Numbered from the stretch's first letter, positions 29,494 to 39,310 are shown. The stretch: 64,000 nt of DNA from an uncultured Burkholderiales bacterium (GCA_903910745.1 CAIWAO010000019.1:2018-66017), one strand, 5' to 3'. Numbers and translations: made by a program. Notes: generated from the sequence alone by a model not told the origin.

Positions 29494-30372
29494 TTATTTA
29501 GAGAGTCTTTTCATCATGAAAAATACGAGCGGCAACACAAAAGGCATTGCAACAACAATGGATGCCATAGCCAAATCTACTTGGTCAAGCCTAAGATAAC
29601 GAATACCAAGAGTGGCCAATACGTGGGTCATATCAGCGGGGCCACCTCCAGTTAGCAAGTACACACTGTTAAAGTCACCCAAAGTCCAAATCATGGAAAG
29701 TATGGTTGAAGTGAGATAGATTGTTTTCATGGAGGGCCATGTAATAAATCTAAACTTTTGCCAATTGGTTGCTCCATCAACAGAAGCCGCCTCATATTGC
29801 TCACCTGGTATAGAGAGCCGAGCGGCCACTAGGATGAGGGTCCAAAATGGCAAAGATTTCCAAATATGCATAACCATTGCAAGACAAAGGGCAAGCACAG
29901 GGTCGTTGAGCCAATTTGGACCATCGGCACCCGTTAACTGAAATATTTGAGTATTGATGATCCCCCACTCCGGATTCAACATAAAGCGCACGGAGAGGAT
30001 GGTTGGAATGGAAGGTAGCGCCCAAGGCAATATGAAGATCATTGAAACAATACTAATCCACCACCTCTTTTGAACAAAGAAGCCTGAGAGCATTAAAGCA
30101 ATGACCATTTTTATATTAATACCAACAACTAAAAATACCAAAGTGTTGATGACAGTTCTATAAAAAATAGGGTCTGCAAAGAGTCTCTCATAGCTATCTG
30201 GGTGTCTCGCAAGCCATAGGCCGTAACCGACCGGGTAGACAACAAAAATAAAGAAGATAAGCAAATAAGGCACGACCATGACCCTGCCCCAAAACTCCCA
30301 CTGTGTGGTTGTGCTTTTGGCAGAAACGGGCCTATCACTGATAGCTTGTGAGATAGTATTTGTTGTATTCAC
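29494..30372 (-). CDS. carbohydrate ABC transporter permease
   Basis: 292 aa. EAA loop YEAASVDGATNWQKFRFITWP. Confidence 0.85.
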   Translation of the reverse strand: MNTTNTISQAISDRPVSAKSTTTQWEFWGRVMVVPYLLIFFIFVVYPVGYGLWLARHPDSYERLFADPIFYRTVINTLVFLVVGINIKMVIALMLSGFFVQKRWWISIVSMIFILPWALPSIPTILSVRFMLNPEWGIINTQIFQLTGADGPNWLNDPVLALCLAMVMHIWKSLPFWTLILVAARLSIPGEQYEAASVDGATNWQKFRFITWPSMKTIYLTSTILSMIWTLGDFNSVYLLTGGGPADMTHVLATLGIRYLRLDQVDLAMASIVVAMPFVLPLVFFMMKRLSK

Positions 30373-30407
30373 AATTATTTGTTACTTTCAAGCCTTAAAT
30401 AAGGAAA

Positions 30408-30434
30408 ATGAGTGCGATATGAATCAGCACTCAT
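30408..30434 (-). terminator. intra-operon hairpin/attenuating terminator after the binding-protein gene
   Basis: Perfect 8-bp stem ATGAGTGC / GCACTCAT, followed on the minus strand by TTTCCTTATTT. Confidence 0.45.
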
Positions 30435-30474
30435 CTCCAAAAGATCACAGTTTCTAAGTTAAATTAGCTTAGTT

Positions 30475-31857
30475 TTACTTGGCAACTGTTTTGATACGAT
30501 CAATCATCTCATCAACTGCTTTGTCAACGGGAACTTTCTCGTTAATTACTCGGTTCATTGCTTTTGCCCAAACATTTTCATTGTTAATTTGGGTAAAGTG
30601 AAAGTTCTTTGTAAATTCAAACGTTGTTGTCCCTGCAGCGTACTGATTAAATACGGACCTTCTGTGTGCGTCCTCTTGCCAAAACTTTCTCTTCTGACCT
30701 TCGGTCGTTACTGGGAACCATCTTCCTAATGAGCCTTCAACATAGGGAGTTAAATTCTCCTCTTGCAACAAGAAGCTCACAAATTCTTTAGCTGCAGCTT
30801 TGTTTTTAGCATCTTTAAAAATAACCCCTGTTTTAACAGCTGTACGGTACTGCATCTTTGATCCGTCTGGCTTCAAGGGCCAACCCGCAGTGCGAATATT
30901 CTCAGTGTAGTTTTTCTTTGCAATTGCTCGTTGTGCATCTGTTAATGCAGCGTTGTTCATGTCATCCATCCATTTTGCAGCGATCGAAATCGTTGCGTTG
31001 TGTGTCATGATGGTCGTTTTGTTGTGAAACGCAACATTGTTGTCAGGATCTTTCCAGCTTGTGGATGAGGGAGGTGTACAGCCCTTTGTGTAAATGGCAG
31101 TATAGTCAGTCAAAGCCGAAATAAGGCCTTTACGAACGTCTGGGTCATCAACCAATAACTTTCCTGACTCGCTGACTAACTTGACGTTGTAGGCATCCAT
31201 ATAGGTCAAAAACGAAAAGAATGAGTCTGTACCGTCAACTCCCATTGGCTGTCCAATACCAAATACACGTGTACCTACCTTTTGACGATAAGCGGGTTGA
31301 GCTTTATCACACCAAAAACTCCAATAGTCTTTCCAGTTTGTTGGAACATCTGACTCTTTGAACCCAGCATCAGCCAACATATCGATCCAATACTCGATAT
31401 GCATAGTTTGTTGCTTCAACGGGAATGCATAGTAAGCACGTTTATTTTCTTTGTTATTTAATAGAAAAGTTGTTTCAACCGTGTTGGGAGCAAAGCGTGA
31501 GCGGATTGGATTGATCACGCTACTGATATCCTCCAACTTGCCCTCATAAGCCCAGTAACCAGTAACTTGAAAATCATAAGGATCAGCATAGGCTACGTCA
31601 GGGGGGTTGCCAGAGTCAAGCGCTGCAACTGTCTTGGGGATCATGTCTTGAATTGAATACTGAGACAATTCAACTTTTATGTTTTTGTGTTTTTCTTCAA
31701 ATTTCTTGATGGCCGCAAACAAAGCGTCATCCTCAGATTTGTAAAAGCCCTTAACCCACCACACATTGATTTTTTCTTCCGCCAAGACAGTCCCAGTAGC
31801 TAACAAGCCGGCCGCGAAAATCGAGGTGGCTATTAAATTTTTCATTTTCATTTTCAT
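30475..31857 (-). CDS. ABC transporter extracellular solute-binding protein (family 1, sugar type)
   Basis: Signal peptide MKMKMKNLIATSIFAAGLLATGTVLA. Four tandem in-frame ATGs at 31863, 31857, 31851 and 31845. AGGAG (31864-31868) abuts the first, so I took the second as the start. The track ORF extends to 31908. Confidence 0.85.
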   Translation of the reverse strand: MKMKMKNLIATSIFAAGLLATGTVLAEEKINVWWVKGFYKSEDDALFAAIKKFEEKHKNIKVELSQYSIQDMIPKTVAALDSGNPPDVAYADPYDFQVTGYWAYEGKLEDISSVINPIRSRFAPNTVETTFLLNNKENKRAYYAFPLKQQTMHIEYWIDMLADAGFKESDVPTNWKDYWSFWCDKAQPAYRQKVGTRVFGIGQPMGVDGTDSFFSFLTYMDAYNVKLVSESGKLLVDDPDVRKGLISALTDYTAIYTKGCTPPSSTSWKDPDNNVAFHNKTTIMTHNATISIAAKWMDDMNNAALTDAQRAIAKKNYTENIRTAGWPLKPDGSKMQYRTAVKTGVIFKDAKNKAAAKEFVSFLLQEENLTPYVEGSLGRWFPVTTEGQKRKFWQEDAHRRSVFNQYAAGTTTFEFTKNFHFTQINNENVWAKAMNRVINEKVPVDKAVDEMIDRIKTVAK

Positions 31858-31863
31858 TTTCAT
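31840..31863 (-). repeat. (ATGAAA)4 tandem repeat at the translation start of the binding-protein gene
   Basis: Read directly on the minus strand: AGGAG ATGAAA ATGAAA ATGAAA ATGAAA AAT. Confidence 0.95.
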
Positions 31864-31892
31864 CTCCTTTTTCAAATTATTTTCTACTCTAA

Positions 31893-32834
31893 TTACAAGG
31901 CTTGGCATTCAGGGACCAGTGCAGGAATCGGTGTTCCAGCAAAATAAGCGGCTAAATTTGCTAGTGCTAAATCTGCCATTGCACGGCGGGTCTCAAAAGT
32001 CCCACTGGCCATATGAGGGGTCAATACAACGTTTGGCAAATGACGCAACTCTGGTGAAATTCTTGGCTCATCGTAATAAACATCTAAACCAGCACCGGCA
32101 ATAACCTTATTTTCAAGCGCCTTGATCATGGCCGGCTGGTCTACAACTGAGCCCCGCGCAACATTGATAAAGAACCCCTTGGGGCCTAAAGCTTCAAAGA
32201 CCTCTTGATTAATCATTCCGCGAGTTGAATCCCCCCCCGGAGTGATTGCCAACAAAAAGTCTACCTCTGCAGCCAATGCTTTAGCGCTTGGGTAATAGGG
32301 GAAGGGTAGTTCGGCTTTTTTGGAGCGAGCGGTGTAAGATATTTTCATATCAAAAGCAGAAGCTCTCTTGGCTATGGCAAGACCGATCCTCCCCAGCCCA
32401 ACGATACCTAAGCGTGCACCTGTTAATTTCTTGGTCAAATTAAAAGGGCCATCAACCCAGTCCCCAGCACGGACAAATTGATCAGCACGTGGGATCTGTC
32501 TTGCAACGCTGAGTAATAAACCCATCGCTAGGTCTGCAACGTCATCGTTCAAAACACCTGGTGTATGAGAAACTGTGATCCCCTTTTCCACCGCCGCAGC
32601 GACATCAACTCCATCATATCCAACGCCAAATACTGAAATCATTTTCACATTTGGCAAAATTGACAGCAACTTGCGGTCCACTTTAGACTCACCACCACCC
32701 ACAATTGCAACAACTCTTTTGAGTACATCAGGATCTGTAATGTGATTGTTGTCATGCATAAGGTAAGCCTTATGCAAATCGTCCACCAAAAAGGGGGGTA
32801 AGTTTGAAACTCTTAAAATCTCTATGGGATCCAT
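31893..32834 (-). CDS. D-isomer-specific 2-hydroxyacid dehydrogenase (glyoxylate/hydroxypyruvate/2-ketogluconate reductase type)
   Basis: NAD motif GIVGLGRIGLAIAKRA and the C-terminal catalytic region TPHMAS. Start taken at MDPIEIL; the track ORF begins at a GTG at 32867. Confidence 0.85.
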   Translation of the reverse strand: MDPIEILRVSNLPPFLVDDLHKAYLMHDNNHITDPDVLKRVVAIVGGGESKVDRKLLSILPNVKMISVFGVGYDGVDVAAAVEKGITVSHTPGVLNDDVADLAMGLLLSVARQIPRADQFVRAGDWVDGPFNLTKKLTGARLGIVGLGRIGLAIAKRASAFDMKISYTARSKKAELPFPYYPSAKALAAEVDFLLAITPGGDSTRGMINQEVFEALGPKGFFINVARGSVVDQPAMIKALENKVIAGAGLDVYYDEPRISPELRHLPNVVLTPHMASGTFETRRAMADLALANLAAYFAGTPIPALVPECQAL

Positions 32835-33084
32835 TTTTATCTTTCGCCTGGTTTTTCCTGATAACACTACATTAATTCATGCGCTAGTATATGTAGGTTG
32901 TTAATTTTTTACATCCCTTTATTCCCTAGGATCGACGGTTTTATGATCTATTTTTGATGTTATTTATCAATAGATAAGCTATCAAGATCTTAAAGCCTGC
33001 AATTTCTTTCTATACGACCAACAAAGTCTTTTAGTTACATTTTTCTTGTCACAATTTTTTCACGCATCTAGCAGATCAATATTT

Positions 33085-34821
33085 ATGAGTTCAACACCCA
33101 AAAAAAACCCAAAAGATCTTCGTAGTCAACAATGGTTTGGCAGACAAGACAGAGACGGCTTTGCTTACCGTAGTTGGCTCAAAGGCAAAGGTATTCCCCA
33201 CGATCAATTTGATGGCAGACCCGTCATCGGGATTTGCAATACCTTTAGCGAATTAAATCCCTGCAATTCTCACTTCAGAACCATCGCCGAACAAGTCAAA
33301 ATAGGTGTGTATGAAGCAGGTGGATTTCCCCTTGAATTCCCGGTTATGTCACTTGGTGAAGTGTTACTTAGACCGACAGCGATGCTTTACAGAAATTTAG
33401 CGAGTATGGATGTTGAAGAAAGCATCCGCGGCAATCCAATAGACGGCGTTGTTTTGCTGATGGGTTGCGATAAAACAACCCCCTCCCTTTTAATGGGGGC
33501 AGCGAGTTGTGACCTACCAACCATTGGAGTGAGCGGAGGCCCCATGCTCAACGGCAAATGGAGGGGGCAAGAACTAGGTTCAGGCACAGGTCTTTGGAGC
33601 ATGAGTGAGCAAGTGCGTGCGGGAACATTGAAATTAGAAGAGTTTTTTGAGGCTGAGAGCTGCATGCACAGAAGTCACGGTAGTTGCATGACCATGGGTA
33701 CTGCCTCCACAATGGCTAGCATGGTTGAGGCTTTAGGCGTAGGGTTGCCTGGAAATGCGGCCTACCCGGCCGTAGACGGAAGAAGAAACGTATTGGCTCG
33801 TATGTCCGGTAGAAGAATCGTAGATATGGTGCACCAAGACCAGATCCTATCTAAAGTGTTGACCAGAGAGGCGTTTGAAAATGCAATCAGAACCCTGGCA
33901 GCAATTGGTGGATCTACAAATGCGGTGATTCACTTAACTGCAATTGCAGGTCGAATTGGAGTTCCATTAAAGCTAGAAGATTTTGACAAACTAGCCAGTG
34001 AGTTGCCTTGCTTGGTAAATCTACAGCCCTCAGGTGAGCATTTGATGGAGGACTTTTGTTATGCAGGTGGGCTGCCTGTTGTGATGAAGGAGATTGAACA
34101 TTTACTTCACAAAGATATCATCACAGTTTCTGGAAAATCGGTTTCTGAGAACATCGCAAACGCAGTAAATTATGATCCCCGCGTAATCAAACCCTTTGAA
34201 GCTCCATTTAAGGAAAAGGCGGGGATTGCAGTGTTAACGGGTAACCTTGCACCTAGGGGGGCGGTTATAAAGCCCAGCGCTGCCACTGAATCGCTAATGG
34301 TCCACAAAGGTAAGGCAGTGGTGTTTGAGGACATAGAGGATTTTCACAAGAGAATTGATGACGAAAATTTAGAAGTAGACGAGAACTGCATACTCGTGCT
34401 CAAAAACTGTGGCCCCAAAGGCTACCCCGGTATGGCAGAGGTTGGTAACATGCCCTTACCACCAAAGATTTTAAGAAAAGGCATCACAGATATGGTACGA
34501 ATCAGTGATGCCCGAATGAGTGGAACAGCTTACGGCACGGTGATCCTGCACACTGCTCCCGAGGCAGCGGCGGGGGGGCCATTGGCACTTGTTCAAAATG
34601 GCGATCTCATTGAGCTCAACGTTCCGGCCAGAAGTCTTCATCTGCATGTGAGTGATGAAGAACTGGCTAGTCGCAAATCAAAGTGGACGCCACCAGTTCC
34701 TAAACTAGACTCGGGCTACTGGAAACTCTACATCGACCATGTACTTCAGGCCGATGAAGGCGTTGACCTTGATTTCCTCAAGGGGAAGAGGGGCGCCTTT
34801 GTTCCAAGAGACAACCATTAA
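33085..34821 (+). CDS. IlvD/Edd family dehydratase (sugar-acid dehydratase type)
   Basis: ~578 aa from MSSTPKK. GCDKTTPS motif and the Fe-S/Mg regions of the dihydroxy-acid/6-phosphogluconate dehydratase family. The track ORF starts at 33046. Confidence 0.85.
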   Translation: MSSTPKKNPKDLRSQQWFGRQDRDGFAYRSWLKGKGIPHDQFDGRPVIGICNTFSELNPCNSHFRTIAEQVKIGVYEAGGFPLEFPVMSLGEVLLRPTAMLYRNLASMDVEESIRGNPIDGVVLLMGCDKTTPSLLMGAASCDLPTIGVSGGPMLNGKWRGQELGSGTGLWSMSEQVRAGTLKLEEFFEAESCMHRSHGSCMTMGTASTMASMVEALGVGLPGNAAYPAVDGRRNVLARMSGRRIVDMVHQDQILSKVLTREAFENAIRTLAAIGGSTNAVIHLTAIAGRIGVPLKLEDFDKLASELPCLVNLQPSGEHLMEDFCYAGGLPVVMKEIEHLLHKDIITVSGKSVSENIANAVNYDPRVIKPFEAPFKEKAGIAVLTGNLAPRGAVIKPSAATESLMVHKGKAVVFEDIEDFHKRIDDENLEVDENCILVLKNCGPKGYPGMAEVGNMPLPPKILRKGITDMVRISDARMSGTAYGTVILHTAPEAAAGGPLALVQNGDLIELNVPARSLHLHVSDEELASRKSKWTPPVPKLDSGYWKLYIDHVLQADEGVDLDFLKGKRGAFVPRDNH

Positions 34822-34849
34822 CTGTAAATTTTAGAATTATTTACAAACC

Positions 34850-34884
34850 GCTCTTTAGTCCAGTAAGGGAATGAACTAAAGAGC
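34850..34884. terminator. hairpin between convergent genes (no clear U-tract)
   Basis: Perfect 10-bp inverted repeat GCTCTTTAGT ... ACTAAAGAGC with a 15-nt loop. Confidence 0.4.
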
Positions 34885-34890
34885 AGCGAA

Positions 34891-35862
34891 TTAATTACTT
34901 TTTTGATCTGCTATGTATTCTTCAATCACGCTTTCAAAGTTCTTAGGGCTATGAAGACCAAGGCGGACAGCTCTAGTTGAGTTCGTACCCTTAGGCCAAT
35001 TTGAAACAATGGATGCGATACGCTCATTCAGCTCGAATTTAACCAGTGAACGAACACTCTTTCCAGCCACATTTTCCAAGGCCTGGAGCATCTCTTTGAC
35101 AGTCACATTAAGGGCTGGTAAATTCATACCGCTACGCCCCAAAAAACTTACTCGACTTGCTTCATATACTGCCTTTAGCCCTTGTATGGTCAGTGAGGGA
35201 GTTGATACCGGATGTGAGACAGAATCTAGAACTGGACAAATTGCGGTTTCTCCGTTTAAGGGCTCACGAATAATGCCGCTAAAGAATGAAGAGGCGGCTC
35301 CATTGGGTCGACCGGGACGAACTGTTACCGTCATCAGTCTTGCACTTCTGCCGTCTATAAAGCCCTTACGCGTGTAGTCTGCAATTAAATGCTCGCACAT
35401 GAGTTTATGGGTCCCGTAAGAAGTCTGGGGCATGGGTAAGGTATCGTCCGTTACGATGTCGGGCATAGGGTGAGCGGGGTCGGGACCAAAAACAGCAACT
35501 GAGCTTGAAAAAACCAATCGAGGGGCGTTGCCTGCTTTCCTGAGTGCATCTAACAATGCACGAGTAGTATCTAGGTTTGATCTTAAACCTAAATCAAAAT
35601 CCTCCTCACACTCGCCAGAAACTGCAGACGCCAAATGAAATACACCGTCAAATCTATCCTCGTGTAATGACTGACACTGAGCCAACAAGGGGGAAGTACG
35701 ACACTCAACCCTTGGGTCATTCAACAACGAACTAGGGGGTGCAAACTGATCAGAGATCACCAATTTATCAATCTTTTGGCCATTGAGTTCCCCGTCCTTC
35801 AAAATACGAGTTGCTAAACGAGATCCCACAAATCCAGCACCACCAGTAATCAATAATTTCAT
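34891..35862 (-). CDS. NAD-dependent epimerase/dehydratase family (extended SDR) protein
   Basis: 323 aa. ITGGAGFVGS Rossmann motif and YGTHK (YxxxK). Confidence 0.8.
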   Translation of the reverse strand: MKLLITGGAGFVGSRLATRILKDGELNGQKIDKLVISDQFAPPSSLLNDPRVECRTSPLLAQCQSLHEDRFDGVFHLASAVSGECEEDFDLGLRSNLDTTRALLDALRKAGNAPRLVFSSSVAVFGPDPAHPMPDIVTDDTLPMPQTSYGTHKLMCEHLIADYTRKGFIDGRSARLMTVTVRPGRPNGAASSFFSGIIREPLNGETAICPVLDSVSHPVSTPSLTIQGLKAVYEASRVSFLGRSGMNLPALNVTVKEMLQALENVAGKSVRSLVKFELNERIASIVSNWPKGTNSTRAVRLGLHSPKNFESVIEEYIADQKSN

Positions 35863-36062
35863 TTCATAATCTCACTATAAATTAATTCGACCCTCCATCC
35901 TACACTCTAAGTCTTAGAGCTCAGACTAAGGATTACGTTAATGTGAGCACTCGAAAAAATACCTCCTACAGATTGTCTATTCTGCATTGCAAAAGATGCG
36001 AAAATTAGGCTTATTATTGTTGGCCCTTTTGCCCATCTTTTTGGGTTTATAACCGCATCATT

Positions 36063-37076
36063 ATGGAAAACTCTTTAAATTCTAACTTTTCGAGAAATCT
36101 TTCGTTAAGCCGCCCCTTAATTGCAGTTGACTGGGGAACAACTTCCTTGCGAGCGGCTTTCATAACAAATGAGCAAGTCGTAGAGGAGAGAAGCAGTGAG
36201 CAAGGGATAATGAGTGTCCCACCCGGCGAGTTTCCAAGTGTACTCAGCCAAATTTGCGCTAAGTGGCTGGACAACGAGGATGTACTCATTCTCATCAGCG
36301 GCATGGCCGGTAGCGCTCAAGGTTGGCAGCTCGCCCCCTATTGTCCTTGTCCAGTAACCCCCAAGCAATTAGCCCATCAATTGCACTGGATCAACCCCAA
36401 CAAAATTGCAATTGTTCCCGGCCTAAGCATCAGACTCGAACACGCGCCAGACGTGATCAGAGGCGAGGAAGTCCAGGTCATTGGTGCACTATCATTGCTT
36501 GGAAATCAAAATGCTCGTCTTGTCTTACCCGGCACCCATAGTAAATGGGTGGATGTAAAAGAAGGCAGATTCGAGAGTTTTTCAACGTTCATGACCGGAG
36601 AGTTTTTCTCCATTCTCAGAGAACACTCCATTTTGAGTAAAACCCTACCCTCACTACTTGAGGAAACTGAATTCGATGAAGCCGCTTTCAATGAGGGTTT
36701 AGAGTTAAGCTTGGCATCTCAAAAGAGTAAAACCTCTAAAACATCGGATCTAAAGAGCTCTGGTAAAGTAAAAACCACCTATAAACCTAACCTTTTACAT
36801 GATGTTTTTGGTATACGGACCTTAGCTTTATTTGAGGAGCAAACAGCAGCTCAACTTCTCAATAAATTATCTGGCCTTCTGATCGGGTATGAGCTTCAAA
36901 CTCAGCAGTTTAAGAAAAAAGAGGAGGTCATCATCGTAGGCGCTCCGGCTCTTCAAAGGTGTTATTCTCACGCTCTAAGTAGTCGCGGTGTCAAGGCCAT
37001 AGCCCTTGGATCGGAGGCTACTTGGCGGGGTTTTCAAGTCATCGCAAAAGAATTAGAAAAAATAACCCAAAATTAG
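36063..37076 (+). CDS. dgoK: 2-dehydro-3-deoxygalactonokinase family protein
   Basis: 337 aa. IAVDWGTTSLRA N-terminal ASKHA phosphate-1 motif, and LPGTHSKW. Carries a K/S/T-rich insertion (SQKSKTSKTSDLKSSGKVKTTYKPN). Confidence 0.7.
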   Translation: MENSLNSNFSRNLSLSRPLIAVDWGTTSLRAAFITNEQVVEERSSEQGIMSVPPGEFPSVLSQICAKWLDNEDVLILISGMAGSAQGWQLAPYCPCPVTPKQLAHQLHWINPNKIAIVPGLSIRLEHAPDVIRGEEVQVIGALSLLGNQNARLVLPGTHSKWVDVKEGRFESFSTFMTGEFFSILREHSILSKTLPSLLEETEFDEAAFNEGLELSLASQKSKTSKTSDLKSSGKVKTTYKPNLLHDVFGIRTLALFEEQTAAQLLNKLSGLLIGYELQTQQFKKKEEVIIVGAPALQRCYSHALSSRGVKAIALGSEATWRGFQVIAKELEKITQN

Positions 37077-37221
37077 ACTGCTAGCCCTTGTCGCAAAAGT
37101 GGAGCCTGTTTGTTTAAATGCAATTCCATTTGCGCCAATTCCAAAACCAAAGCAAAACTTTAAAATACGAATCTCAAGATTTGGGCTTTAAGCCCAAGAG
37201 ACTGCAAGAGCGATAGCTAAA

Positions 37222-37638
37222 ATGTCATACATTAAAATTTACCCTAAAAAATTAACTTTAGCTCCTCTTATTGGAACCCAGGTGCAGGCTCATGAGCAAG
37301 AATCCGCTCAATGGGCAGGAAAAGTTTTTTACGATATTGAGCAATACGGTGAACTTCATCAAAACAAGTCCTTTGATGTTTTACTCTTACCCGAGAAAAT
37401 TCAGCCTATGACATGGTCACTCCAACCCACTAGGGAGCACCCAGAAATTAAGAGTTTTGATGCATTTCTTAAGTCTTTAAATCAATACCTCTTTAGTAAT
37501 CTCAAGATCAGTATCGGGTCCCCTGAAAAATCACAATATGTTAATTACAGAGAGGTTAATTTAAGGGAAGTTTATTTCTCCCTTGACACTGAATCAACAG
37601 ACGATACGAGAGGATATTCGTATTCTCTTACTCCCTAA
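37222..37638 (+). CDS. hypothetical protein
   Basis: 138-aa ORF with no motif I recognise. Convergent with PPK2 across a 15-nt gap. Confidence 0.45.
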   Translation: MSYIKIYPKKLTLAPLIGTQVQAHEQESAQWAGKVFYDIEQYGELHQNKSFDVLLLPEKIQPMTWSLQPTREHPEIKSFDAFLKSLNQYLFSNLKISIGSPEKSQYVNYREVNLREVYFSLDTESTDDTRGYSYSLTP

Positions 37639-37653
37639 ACTTTCCTAATCAAG

Positions 37654-38472
37654 CTAATCAAGCTCTATCTTGGAGAAGTCATATCTCGCTTTTGGCACCT
37701 CTAAATTCATTTGCTCCAATGTTTGAACCAATAAACTGGCAAGACAAAAATCTCTATAGTGCTTCGAATCGGCTGGAATGATGTACCAAGGTGCATCAGC
37801 AGTAGAGGTCTCTTTAATAGCGTCTTGATAGGCTTGTTGAAATTGGTCCCACAATTTACGATCCTCAAAATCTGATGGCTGGAGTTTCCAACGTTTGTGA
37901 GGATCATCTAGTCTTTCCTTTAATCTTCTCTTTTGTTCATTTTTAGAGATATTTAGAAAACACTTCAACACCTTAATCCCTTGCCTTTCTAACAAGGTCT
38001 CGAAAGCAACGATATCTTGGTATCTTTGTTCACAAATTTCCCTAGTTACCATGCCTCTTACCCTTGTCACCAAAACATCCTCATAGTGACTTCGGTTAAA
38101 TACAACAATTTCTCCAAGTGAAGGGGTTTTGGAATGAATCCGCCAAAGAAAGTCGTGTTCGAGCTCTAAGGCGCTGGGAGGTCCAAAAGCTTCTGCCCTC
38201 ACACCCAATGGGCTGATGTGGCTGAAAACCCTGCGAATGGAGCCGTCCTTGCCTGCCGTGTCCATTCCCTGCAACACCAAAAGGAGTCCTTTTTGTTTGC
38301 CTGAATATAAAAGCGTTTGTAGCTTATCAAGTTTATCGCCAAGTTTTTGGATATTGAGCATCATTTTCTCGTCCTCTGATGCATCATTTTTGGGCGCTTG
38401 AGAGTCATAGTCTGAGAGGATCAACTCCTCTTTGTGCTTGACCCTTAGATGATCTAAATCTCTATTGCTCAT
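37654..38472 (-). CDS. polyphosphate kinase 2 family (polyphosphate:nucleotide phosphotransferase)
   Basis: 272 aa. Walker A GMDTAGKDG and the PPK2 lid region. Confidence 0.85.
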   Translation of the reverse strand: MSNRDLDHLRVKHKEELILSDYDSQAPKNDASEDEKMMLNIQKLGDKLDKLQTLLYSGKQKGLLLVLQGMDTAGKDGSIRRVFSHISPLGVRAEAFGPPSALELEHDFLWRIHSKTPSLGEIVVFNRSHYEDVLVTRVRGMVTREICEQRYQDIVAFETLLERQGIKVLKCFLNISKNEQKRRLKERLDDPHKRWKLQPSDFEDRKLWDQFQQAYQDAIKETSTADAPWYIIPADSKHYRDFCLASLLVQTLEQMNLEVPKARYDFSKIELD

Positions 38473-38887
38473 CGATATTTCCAGTTTTTTTGGTACCGAT
38501 ATCCTAACACTGGAGTTGTTAAACCCGCAGGTAGTTTACCTCCCACCGTTCTCAACTTATAGGTAAATCTTTTTTAGTTCAAACCTCTAGACGACTGGGA
38601 GAGGGCTATCTGAACCCATCTATATTGGCGCCTCCAAGTCAACAAAAGTGTCCGCCACCCATGACAGTAACTCCTTTCTTGGATCCGCATATTTCCTGTC
38701 ATTCCCAACTTGGGATGCCTCTTTTGGGTGCTCAACCTTGATCAATCAGACCACCATGGTTGGCGGGAGTTATTTGGGTTGGATATGTAAATTATGACTT
38801 TTAGGGCAGGACCTTGTTTACAATAACCTTCTTCTTGGATGTCCAAGTAGCCAAGATAATGGATTAACTTTTTATTGGAATTTAGTT

Positions 38888-39307
38888 ATGTCAGAACTCA
38901 AAAAGAAACTCTTAGAACATCTCAACAAAGAGGTATTTTGCCGCTTAGGGGTCTCCAAGGTTCACGGTATTGGAGTATTTGCCATCAAGCCTATTCCCAA
39001 GGGTGTAAACCCATTGAAGAGCAAATTAAAGTTCAAGGACGTATCAATAAGCCATAAAGAACTGAAGAGCGTTCCTGCAAGCGTAAAAAAACAAATGAAA
39101 ATCTTTTGCTACTTTGACAAAGATAAGTTTCTTGTACCCTCAATTGGATTAAATTCAATGGATATGGCTCTTTATTTGAACCACTCCAAAAAACCGAACG
39201 TTGAGTTCAAGAAAAACGAAAAGCTAATTACTTTGCGTGCCATTAAAACAGGTGAGGAACTGGTGATGGACTACGACATTAATTTTGGTGAAAAGCACAC
39301 TTTCTAA
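38888..39307 (+). CDS. minimal SET-domain protein (putative protein-lysine methyltransferase)
   Basis: 139 aa. HGIGVFA (GxG), LNHSKKPN (NHSxxPN) and GEELVMDYD (ELxxDY) in canonical order. Confidence 0.7.
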   Translation: MSELKKKLLEHLNKEVFCRLGVSKVHGIGVFAIKPIPKGVNPLKSKLKFKDVSISHKELKSVPASVKKQMKIFCYFDKDKFLVPSIGLNSMDMALYLNHSKKPNVEFKKNEKLITLRAIKTGEELVMDYDINFGEKHTF

Positions 39308-39310
39308 ATT

